Assembly (NCBI GenBank): GCA_039638295.1
Contig: JBDIWJ010000022.1
Coordinates: 1-26,471, forward strand
DNA from: Candidatus Phoenicimicrobium oleiphilum
GTDB taxonomy: Bacteria > Atribacterota > Phoenicimicrobiia > Phoenicimicrobiales > Phoenicimicrobiaceae
Direction: 5' to 3'
DNA length: 26,471 bases
The translations under genes and the position numbers were made by a program. The notes under the pieces were generated by a model. The model did no database searches. It was not told the origin of the DNA and saw only the letters and a program-made list of their open reading frames with translations. Of the stretch, positions 9,649-17,043 are shown in pieces. The number at the start of each line of letters is the position of its first letter. The stretch's first letter is position 1.

Positions 9649-10938
9649 TTAATACTCTATCTTATTCATCCCCACATAAATAGAGGTGGTCTCACCAGCA
9701 TATACCCATACATCCTCTACCCAGGTTCTATATCCATCTTTAACTAAAGTAATCTCATACTCCCCTTCTTTAATTTCCTCCAGGATTTTTGGTTGAGAAG
9801 AAGAGGACGCTGCCTTATAAGTTCCGTTTATAAATATTTTTGCTCCAGTTACATTACAGTAAATTGCCAGGGAACCATACTTTATTTCGGGAACCAAATA
9901 AGCAGATACCGTGCGAGTTTGGTTAGCTACAACCAAAATAGTGTTAACCCAGTCCTGATAGCCATCTTTGGTAATCATTAATTCGTGATAACCCGATTTA
10001 ACATTCTTTATTTCTACCGACTGGTTAGCATAAGTTCTTCTCTGGTAATTTCCGTCTAAATAAATCTTAGCGTTACCTTGATTACAATAAACAGAAATCG
10101 AACCGTAGACAGGTAAAGGAACCAAATCAGCTGAAACTGTAGTAGTCCGAGAAGGTGAAACTGATACATAATCACTCCAATCCTGATAACCTGCCCTTTC
10201 CAATTTAATATGATGCTGCCCAGCAGTAACTCGGTCTAAATTTAAAGGAGTTAATCCTTTATAAACATTATCCAGATATACCTTAGCCCCTTGAGGTTGG
10301 GAAGTTACTATAATCCTACCATAATAAGTGGGAGGTGGAGTGATTGGCCTTACTGTATAACTTAATAGATTACTGGAAGTCCAGGCAGTAGGAGGCATAG
10401 ATACTATTATACCTTTCAGGGTAATGGTAAAGTTTTTAAAATCTTTGCTTATTTCTGGCATTATTTCCTTAGAAATTAATTCTTTTTCTCGATCATCTAA
10501 AAACATGGGTCTGGTGGTAGCAAATCCCTGCACATATTCAACTCCTGGTCGGGTATGGGGGTCAATTACTCCTTCAATCGCTTTAGTTTCTCCCGCTCTG
10601 ACAAAATTGTCTGGGGTATACCGATTGGGGAAGATAATTTTTACCCTACCTTCGGTATCGTAGTTATAAATCTTTACATAAGAATCCCGAGAAACCTGAA
10701 AGAAAATTCTAATCCTCTCTCCGGGGGAATAAATATATCCTCTTTCTTTATCCAGCCATAATCTAAGAGAAAATGGGGGATGAGGATTGATAATCTGGAT
10801 GCTTTTCATCTTCTCTGTCTCTTCTTGAGTTTGGGCGAAATTAACTCCAGTAGTAATCAAACAAAGAGAAAGGACTAAAGCAGCAAAAATGTAGCTAAAA
10901 ATCTTTCTTTTCTTTATAAAAAGTATGCGATTTAACAT
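9649..10938 (-). CDS. Exported DUF4384 + three-PEGA-domain protein
   Basis: Signal peptide; YSPGERIRIFF...KIIFPN (DUF4384-like); three repeats of YG.I.V....GAK.YL(D/N)G....G.H...I.K.GY.(D/T)W; GGAGG RBS. Confidence 0.8.
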   Translation of the reverse strand: MLNRILFIKKRKIFSYIFAALVLSLCLITTGVNFAQTQEETEKMKSIQIINPHPPFSLRLWLDKERGYIYSPGERIRIFFQVSRDSYVKIYNYDTEGRVKIIFPNRYTPDNFVRAGETKAIEGVIDPHTRPGVEYVQGFATTRPMFLDDREKELISKEIMPEISKDFKNFTITLKGIIVSMPPTAWTSSNLLSYTVRPITPPPTYYGRIIVTSQPQGAKVYLDNVYKGLTPLNLDRVTAGQHHIKLERAGYQDWSDYVSVSPSRTTTVSADLVPLPVYGSISVYCNQGNAKIYLDGNYQRRTYANQSVEIKNVKSGYHELMITKDGYQDWVNTILVVANQTRTVSAYLVPEIKYGSLAIYCNVTGAKIFINGTYKAASSSSQPKILEEIKEGEYEITLVKDGYRTWVEDVWVYAGETTSIYVGMNKIEY

Positions 10939-10964
10939 TTTTTAAAAAACCTCCTTTTTTAATT

Positions 10965-10999
10965 TCGTATTTAGCATATTGTATATCGTATTTCGTAAA
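10965..10999. repeat. Degenerate heptamer tandem array
   Basis: TCGTATT TAGCATA TTGTATA TCGTATT TCGTAAA. Confidence 0.6.
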
Positions 11000-11017
11000 A
11001 AAAAATCAAGATTTAGG

Positions 11018-11094
11018 TGTAGGGTACAATGAATTGTACACTCATTATTTTACTGCTAAATATCTCTTATGGGCACGATGCATCGTGCCCCTAC
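11018..11094. repeat. Pair of inverted GTAG-type REP units
   Basis: TGTAGGGTACAATGAATTGTACAC ... perfect palindrome GGGCACGATGCATCGTGCCC followed by CTAC. Confidence 0.8.
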
Positions 11095-11181
11095 CTTTCT
11101 CTTCTCTTCTGTTTTCTTAGTGAGATACCATTCACGAGATACAAATTAGCTTACCATATATTTCTTTGAATTTATTATAAC

Positions 11182-11279
11182 ACAAGATTGTCAGGAGAGT
11201 GAACTCCCCGCAAAACCTTCCTCTATCTCTTTTTTTACTCCATTTCGGTTTTATATAAAACTTTCCCTGACAATCTTGT
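11182..11279. repeat. 98-bp element bounded by 14-bp perfect inverted repeats (MITE-like)
   Basis: ACAAGATTGTCAGG (11182-11195) / CCTGACAATCTTGT (11266-11279). Confidence 0.55.
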
Positions 11280-11307
11280 TAGAATCTATTGATTTTTAAA
11301 AAGAATT

Positions 11308-11352
11308 TATTTTAGAACATCGGGATTTTTGAAATTCCGATGTTCTAAAATA
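11308..11352. repeat. 21-bp-arm inverted repeat with one mismatch
   Basis: TATTTTAGAACATCGGGATTT-TTG-AAATTCCGATGTTCTAAAATA. Confidence 0.75.
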
Positions 11353-11617
11353 GGATATTTAATGTAAGCTTTTCCCTCGTATCACATTTTCACAGAGCCT
11401 GCCCCTGTGAAAGCAGGGGACAAGTTTTCTTCTCTTTCTTAACTCGATACTTATTATTAAAAATATTTGAAAGAACTTATATTTTCTTTTATAATGTACG
11501 ATATGTTTCTATTTTTTAAGAAATTTATCTACCTTTTAATGATAGATTGAGTCAAATTTATTAAAAAATGCCTGAAAATACCATTTTTTCTAAAAAAAAT
11601 TAAAAATAATTTATAAA

Positions 11618-11650
11618 AAAGAAGGATTTTTAAAATACTTGTCGTATAAT
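11618..11650 (+). promoter_or_regulatory. Putative sigma-H-like promoter of hup, with overlapping TATAAT
   Basis: AAAGAAGGA-N14-GTCGTATAAT about 80 nt upstream of hup. Confidence 0.6.
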
Positions 11651-11731
11651 ATACTATATAATAAGTAGTTTTCTTATATCTTAGCATTTGTTAAACTATT
11701 TTATTTTACGGAATGAAAGGAGGTGTAAATA

Positions 11732-12004
11732 GTGAACAAAGGTGAATTAATTGATAAAGTAGCAAGTGATCTTAGTTTTACCAAAGTTGAAGCTAAAAAA
11801 GTGGTTGAATGTGTATTTGAAAATATTTCCGATTGTATGGCAAAGGGAGAAGCGGTTAGACTTGTAGGCTTTGGTACTTTCGGTATTAGAAAAAGAGAAG
11901 CTAGAATGGCAAGAAACCCGAGAACTGGAGAAAAAATTTCTATAAAAGCTATGAATGTACCTTTCTTTAAAGCAGGCAAAGAATTAAAAGAGAAAGTAAA
12001 ATAA
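11732..12004 (+). CDS. hup: Histone-like DNA-binding protein HU
   Basis: MNKGELIDKVA, VRLVGFGTF, ARNPRTGE and FKAGKELKE; GGAGGT RBS and GTG start. Confidence 0.95.
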   Translation: MNKGELIDKVASDLSFTKVEAKKVVECVFENISDCMAKGEAVRLVGFGTFGIRKREARMARNPRTGEKISIKAMNVPFFKAGKELKEKVK

Positions 12005-12032
12005 TTATTTTCTTTATTATGGTAAATTTTGT

Positions 12033-12079
12033 AAAAAAGGCCTACCGGGAAAATATTTAATCCTGGTAGGCCTATTTTT
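12033..12079. terminator. Bidirectional intrinsic terminator between hup and the Asp23 gene
   Basis: AAAAAAGGCCTACCGGGA-loop-TCCTGGTAGGCCTATTTTT between convergent genes. Confidence 0.85.
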
Positions 12080-12082
12080 AGA

Positions 12083-12586
12083 TTATTTTTTTAGCCCCTC
12101 TATATGTACACCCTGAACATTCACATTTACTCCGGTAACCTTGAGTCCTGTTTTGGTTTCCAATTCTTCTTTTACCTTTTTCTGTATTTCCTTCGCTACC
12201 TGTATTATCACAGAACCATATTCCAAAATCACCGAAATAGTAGTTGAAACTTCCTTATTTTCAACAAGGTCAACCTTTATCCCCTTCTCTAACTCTTTTG
12301 TCCCTAATAATGTTCCTATTCCCCCTTTGGCTTGAGTAGCTAATCCTGCTACTCCGGGAATATTAATCACGGTTCTACTAATTATAGTTGCTATTACCTC
12401 TGGAACAATATTAATGTTACCCAAGATTTCTTTAGCTGGTATTTTTTCTTCCTTTTTTACTTCTTTTACTTCTACTTTCTCTTTTTTCTTGGCTTTTTCT
12501 CCTTCTCCCACCGGGACTTTTTCCTTCTTCTCATCCGAAATCACTTCTGGTTTCTCTTTTTCTTTTTTTTCTATACTCTTATCCAT
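12083..12586 (-). CDS. Asp23/Gls24 family envelope stress protein with Lys/Glu-rich N-terminal extension
   Basis: GNINIVPEVIATI...IPGV...KGIKV...EYG...EIQKKV...TGLKVTGVNVNVQGV. Confidence 0.9.
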   Translation of the reverse strand: MDKSIEKKEKEKPEVISDEKKEKVPVGEGEKAKKKEKVEVKEVKKEEKIPAKEILGNINIVPEVIATIISRTVINIPGVAGLATQAKGGIGTLLGTKELEKGIKVDLVENKEVSTTISVILEYGSVIIQVAKEIQKKVKEELETKTGLKVTGVNVNVQGVHIEGLKK

Positions 12587-12644
12587 TCTAATTTTTTACC
12601 TCCTATCCCCCCACTAATATTTAATTTTACCTAGTTTAAATTTC

Positions 12645-12908
12645 TTATTTCCCAGGCATAACCAAAAATTTAATGGCAGTCCTTTCTTCCCCCTCAATTT
12701 CTACATCTACAAAAGCTGGTATACAGATTAAATCAACACCACTGGTTGCGGTAAAACCTCGAGCAATAGCAATTGCCTTAATTGCCTGATTCACTGCTCC
12801 TGCTCCAATGGCCTGTAATTCTGCTTTTCCTTCTTCTCGTATTACTCCTGATAAAGCACCAGCTACTGCTTTAGGATTCGACTTAGATGAGACCTTTAAC
12901 AGCTCCAT
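12645..12908 (-). CDS. spoVS: Stage V sporulation protein S family
   Basis: MELLKVSSKSNPKAVAGAL, QAIGAGAVNQAIKAIAIARG and EERTAIKF; ATG 12908 with AGGAGGAG RBS. Confidence 0.95.
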   Translation of the reverse strand: MELLKVSSKSNPKAVAGALSGVIREEGKAELQAIGAGAVNQAIKAIAIARGFTATSGVDLICIPAFVDVEIEGEERTAIKFLVMPGK

Positions 12909-13159
12909 TTTTCTCCTCCTTATAATATTGAATTCCTTATTTAATATCCACATTTACTAATCTATGTATGCTACTTTTCATCTCTTTTTATTTTTACAAC
13001 AATAAGAAGCTTATTTAAAAAATCACCTCCTATTATCATATAGGATTGTCAGGGTGGTAGACTCTAAAAATTTTTTACTTTAATTTAAAGAATAGTAATT
13101 TTCCAATTCTTTTACTTTAAATTATAACACATTTTGATTTATATTTTTTATCTACTTTT

Positions 13160-14512
13160 TCAACTTTTTATCATTAATTTAATCTTTTGATAATCATCAA
13201 CATTAATATCGGGTGACAAATAAGGTAAAAGTGCATCATTATGAAACAAAGGGTCAACAGTTCCTTTTAAATTAAAATGGGATTTGGCTTTGTTCCAGAT
13301 TTTGGTGCCCGGGATGGCAGAAAACTTAGCTAAACGCGGATGAGCTCCACAATCTATCACAAAATGGACAGAATCAATAATTTCCCGAAAATTCTGCCCA
13401 GGTAACCCAATTAAAAGATAAGCACCAATTTGAGAAGTTTTGAACCCTGCCTTCAAAAGATAATCCACCGCCTTTTTAAATTCAAGATTGGTTACTTTTC
13501 CTCCAGTTTCTGACTGGCGATGGGGATCTACAGTTTCAAAACCCAATCTAATGGTCTCCACTCCTGCCTGGAACATCTTTTGGGCTATTTCCTCGTTTAT
13601 CATTCGAGCATGGAGACCATTAGGAGTATGAAGTCTAATAGATAATTTTTTATTGATTAATTCCTCTAAAATAATCAGAAAATTATCCTCTGAATTTATT
13701 AAAAGGGCATCATCATAAAAAACAAAATCCTTTATATTTCTTAACCTGTGCCAGTATTCTATCTCTTTTACCACCTCTTTAGGGTTTCTAAATTCTAATT
13801 CAGGATTTATTCTAAAAGAAGCACAATAACTACAGCGGAAAGGACATCCCCGGGAAGATAGGATACAGATATAATTAAGATTTGGATAAAGGTCCCAATT
13901 CGGATAAGGCAAATAGTTTAAACCTTTTTCGTATTTTGAATAATCACTTTTACTTCCGCCAAGTTCTTCTAAGATTTTTAATAAATCTCCTATATCATTC
14001 CCCTTTACTACGTAATCAGCTCTGGAAAATTGAATAGAGTGGTGATAACATAAGGTTGGATAGATCCCTCCTAAAATAATAGGAATATCGGGAAAAACTT
14101 TTTTCACTAACTCTATCACCCTGAATACCCCTGGATACCAGTAGGTCATAATAGAGGTAATCAATACTGCCTGCGGAAAAGGAATTTTGGTTAACTCATT
14201 TATAAATATGTCCTCAGTAATCCCATATCGACTAAAACGACGAGGGATATTTTTTAAAACTACGGGTTTTTTAACTTCTTCTTTGTAGAAAGACCCTCGG
14301 CCAAATTCATCATTCTTAGGAAATTCTCTATTCTGTAGTTTTAGGAGCTCTTGATTATAACGGTCCATACAATCCATATAGCTAATCTCATAACCCTGTT
14401 CTTTCAAGATGCTGGCAATATATAGTAACCCTAAGGGTTTGGACCAGAAATCATAAGCTGTAAAATCATAAATCCAGGGATTAATCAACAACAAATTAAA
14501 ATTTTTTCTCAT
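13160..14512 (-). CDS. B12-binding-domain radical SAM protein
   Basis: LLINPW...PLGLLYIA, ILGGIYPT, SRGCPFRCSYC (CxxxCxxC), FYDD, LGFET, LIGLPGQ. Confidence 0.88.
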   Translation of the reverse strand: MRKNFNLLLINPWIYDFTAYDFWSKPLGLLYIASILKEQGYEISYMDCMDRYNQELLKLQNREFPKNDEFGRGSFYKEEVKKPVVLKNIPRRFSRYGITEDIFINELTKIPFPQAVLITSIMTYWYPGVFRVIELVKKVFPDIPIILGGIYPTLCYHHSIQFSRADYVVKGNDIGDLLKILEELGGSKSDYSKYEKGLNYLPYPNWDLYPNLNYICILSSRGCPFRCSYCASFRINPELEFRNPKEVVKEIEYWHRLRNIKDFVFYDDALLINSEDNFLIILEELINKKLSIRLHTPNGLHARMINEEIAQKMFQAGVETIRLGFETVDPHRQSETGGKVTNLEFKKAVDYLLKAGFKTSQIGAYLLIGLPGQNFREIIDSVHFVIDCGAHPRLAKFSAIPGTKIWNKAKSHFNLKGTVDPLFHNDALLPYLSPDINVDDYQKIKLMIKS

Positions 14513-14541
14513 CGACTATTCAGTTCTTTTACCTTAAATCT

Positions 14542-15003
14542 CTAAAAAGACCTGGCGATAAAGAAATTCCTTTCCGCTAAAAAAATATCATTGATATATA
14601 CCTTAACCTTCCACTCTCCGGGTAATTTAGAAGCATATCTATCCCTAATCTTTATCCAATACCAGGTGCGATAATTATTGTAACTACCAGCTTCCATCTC
14701 TACTTCTCCCCGATGATACAATTTCCCTTGTGGGGTAATCCATTCCCATCTAAGTACAAAATTTTCTGGTGAATCATAGGAAAACCTGACCCAGGAAACT
14801 ACTTTCTCATCCTGAGAGATAAAAAAATTAGTCTCTTGTAAAGGATTTTTTTCCACAATATCTTTACATAGAGCAATCTTTTGCAAGTATTCCGAATCCT
14901 TAGCCGCCTCTTGGGCCATACCTGCTGCGGAGAAAATCATTAAAAGTAATGCCGACAACAACCACAATTTAATCCTAAAAATACTCTTTTTCTTTAACAT
15001 CAA
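14542..15003 (-). CDS. Exported hypothetical protein, beta-rich (DUF2914-like)
   Basis: Signal peptide ending AGMA; W.WITPQG...YRTW...LPGEWKVKVYIND pattern. Confidence 0.6.
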   Translation of the reverse strand: MMLKKKSIFRIKLWLLSALLLMIFSAAGMAQEAAKDSEYLQKIALCKDIVEKNPLQETNFFISQDEKVVSWVRFSYDSPENFVLRWEWITPQGKLYHRGEVEMEAGSYNNYRTWYWIKIRDRYASKLPGEWKVKVYINDIFLAERNFFIARSF

Positions 15004-15065
15004 AATTATTTTCCTCCCTTTTATTAGTCGTTAGTAAATAGTGAATATTATTACTACGAATTTGG

Positions 15066-15119
15066 TGTAGGGGTCGAATTTATTCGGCCCGAAACGGGTT
15101 CGATGAATCGAGCCCACAG
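15066..15119. repeat. Tandem REP doublet
   Basis: TGTAGGGGTCGAATTTATTCGGCCC-GAAAC-GGGTTCGATGAATCGAGCCC. Confidence 0.75.
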
Positions 15120-15282
15120 TATCTACATTTTCATAGACAAGCGGGCCTGTCTTACGGCTTTTTATAGATCATTGAGAACATATACAATAAGCCCGTACTT
15201 CTGGCTCCTGGATACCAGCTTCTATCTTCTTTTTCTCTTAACGATATACGGCATACTAAATACGATATACTTCTTTATAATT

Positions 15283-15310
15283 ATTCTCCACTCTTACCCC
15301 AAATTCCTGC
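15283..15310 (-). promoter_or_regulatory. Putative sigma-H-like promoter GCAGGA-N15-GGAGAAT
   Basis: Matches the Bacillus sigma-H AGGA...GAAT consensus; lies between the fmdB terminator and the 153-aa gene. Confidence 0.55.
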
Positions 15311-15351
15311 AAGTTTTTAAAAAAATTTTTTATTTTTTACTCTTTCAAAAT

Positions 15352-15398
15352 AAAAAAAGCAATAGTCTATTATTTATTACTTAAACTATTGCCTTTTT
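15352..15398 (-). terminator. Probable intrinsic terminator after the FmdB-family gene
   Basis: GCAATAGT...ACTATTGC stem with A and T tails. Confidence 0.6.
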
Positions 15399-15413
15399 AA
15401 ACATAATTTTATT

Positions 15414-15644
15414 TTATCCACAGGTTGAGCAAGAACGGGATGAACACGAGCTGCAAGAACTTGAACTTGAGCTGGTCAAGGATGAAGACTTTCCGGTAGA
15501 AAATCCAAAGCCATTAAATATCCTCTTGATATTTTTGCTCTTACACTTTACACAGGATATCTTGCCTTCTTCCATCTCTTTGATAGTTGCTCTAACCTCA
15601 AAGGTTTCATGACAATCTTGACATTCAAAATCATAGTTTGGCAT
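15414..15644 (-). CDS. FmdB family zinc-ribbon protein (CxxC_CxxC_SSSS)
   Basis: MPNYDFECQDC...CVKCKS and a Ser/Cys-rich tail. Confidence 0.88.
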   Translation of the reverse strand: MPNYDFECQDCHETFEVRATIKEMEEGKISCVKCKSKNIKRIFNGFGFSTGKSSSLTSSSSSSCSSCSSRSCSTCG

Positions 15645-15699
15645 CTTAACTTCCCCTTCTTTTTCATACTATTTTTGTCAACTTTTTTTTCTATATTTA

Positions 15700-15728
15700 T
15701 TTATACTCCAAACTATCTTTTCTGTCAA
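15700..15728 (-). promoter_or_regulatory. Sigma-70-type promoter for the FmdB-family gene
   Basis: TTGACA-N17-TATAAA on the minus strand. Confidence 0.6.
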
Positions 15729-15798
15729 GAAAAAAATATATAAATCTCTGGAGAGCATTCTTAAAAAACCTACCAGAGAACCGTCCCCTGGTGCCTTT

Positions 15799-16908
15799 TT
15801 ATCTTATGGATGTTCCTTTTATCATCTCCAATATCCAGGGCTGGGCTTGATTATATTTATCTGCTGGAACAGTTACGATTATCATAAAAGGTGTACCAGG
15901 ATAAGTAACCACAAGTGTGGCGTAATTTATATTATCCTGCGGATTAAACTTAGAATAAAGCTCAACCAAAGCCTGTCTGCTTCCAGCTTGCAGCTGGCTT
16001 TGCCCGTGAAACTGATGATTGGGTTTAATCTGATTTACCATACCCTGAACATATTGTTCTCCCAGAGTATACATAGCTACAATACCTGCACCATCAGGTG
16101 TGTTTAAGACTACACCTATTTCAGTAGTTTGAGTAGTAGTGCTACCAGCAGGAATGGGGATGCTGAAACGACCCTGGGGATCTGTATAGATATTCATTCC
16201 AGCAGTCGCTGGAGGTTGAATGGGTATACTAGGAGTACTTGGAACCGGTGTTGTTACAGGTGGTGCAGTTGGTTGAGGGGTAGGACAAATAACTGGTGGA
16301 GTAGGAGTTGTGGTTGGTGGAGTAGGAACTGGTGTCGATGGTACAACTGGTTGAGGGGTAGGTTGAATTGCTATTGGTGCCCCACTTTGCACTTGAAAAC
16401 TCGCCACTGCTTGAGCAAAACCTGGTTCCACTTGAGCAAAATAATCAAGTAAAACATCCAAAAGGATAGTATAGGCAGAGTTACCACTAACGAACATATA
16501 AGCTTCTGCTTGTAAAGTTAATCCGGTCTGAGGGCTGAAAGCAAAATTCTTTTTTATTGCGGGTAAACCAAAAATAGATGTAGGAAGTTGAGTCCCGGGT
16601 TTATAGCCAGGAAGCTGTTTAAAGCCATTTTCTTCCGCTGCTGCTGCGTATTGGTCTATACTTGCACTAAAGGGTAATTCTTCAATCATTACAATTAATT
16701 CTCCCACAATCCTTTGTTGAACCGAATAAGTAAAATAGGCTGCTTGAGAAGAATCGTAAGGAGTAGCAGCTTTCCAACCGGCAGGTAGGTTAAAGGAAAA
16801 ACGACCTTGAGGATCAGAATAAAGGCTCCCCTGACCATAAACTATCCCCATACTTAATACTAATACAATTAAAATTATTCCTATAATTAATCTACATTTT
16901 ATTCTCAT
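15799..16908 (-). CDS. Exported protein with two PsbP/DcrB-like domains joined by a Pro/Thr-rich linker
   Basis: Signal peptide; YSDPQGRFSFNLPAGW and YTDPQGRFSIPIPAG domain starts; PTPQP/PTPPTT linker. Confidence 0.7.
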   Translation of the reverse strand: MRIKCRLIIGIILIVLVLSMGIVYGQGSLYSDPQGRFSFNLPAGWKAATPYDSSQAAYFTYSVQQRIVGELIVMIEELPFSASIDQYAAAAEENGFKQLPGYKPGTQLPTSIFGLPAIKKNFAFSPQTGLTLQAEAYMFVSGNSAYTILLDVLLDYFAQVEPGFAQAVASFQVQSGAPIAIQPTPQPVVPSTPVPTPPTTTPTPPVICPTPQPTAPPVTTPVPSTPSIPIQPPATAGMNIYTDPQGRFSIPIPAGSTTTQTTEIGVVLNTPDGAGIVAMYTLGEQYVQGMVNQIKPNHQFHGQSQLQAGSRQALVELYSKFNPQDNINYATLVVTYPGTPFMIIVTVPADKYNQAQPWILEMIKGTSIR

Positions 16909-17043
16909 TACTTTTTTCTCCTTTCTATTTTTATAATATTAATGTTTAGTAAATATTTTTCAGATTAACCCTTTTTCCCCTGTCTTCTCTCTGGTAAAGA
17001 AAGGGGAAATAACCTATTTACCTAACTGTAACATACATCTCAC

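Noticed and set aside
9649..10938. DUF4384-PEGA protein as part of the CHAT system
   Set aside because: DUF4384 can co-occur with caspase-like domains, but this gene is about 5 kb away, beyond housekeeping genes, with its own upstream region
11701..11979. Antisense or alternative-frame ORFs overlapping hup, lpdA, AOR, ktrB and others
   Set aside because: Shadow ORFs of well-supported genes
12645..12908. spoVS plus sigma-H-like promoters as evidence of sporulation
   Set aside because: SpoVS and SigH homologues occur in non-sporulating bacteria; no core sporulation genes in the window
13160..15644. RiPP cluster with the Ser/Cys-rich FmdB tail as precursor for the B12 radical SAM enzyme
   Set aside because: Such tails are normal for FmdB proteins; a terminator, a separate promoter and another gene lie between them; no SPASM/RRE or transporter seen
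16974..17009. TTTCCCCT...AGGGGAAA hairpin between the CHAT gene and the 369-aa gene as a terminator
   Set aside because: No U-tract on the minus strand; more likely a repeat remnant or mRNA-stabilising hairpin, and function cannot be supported
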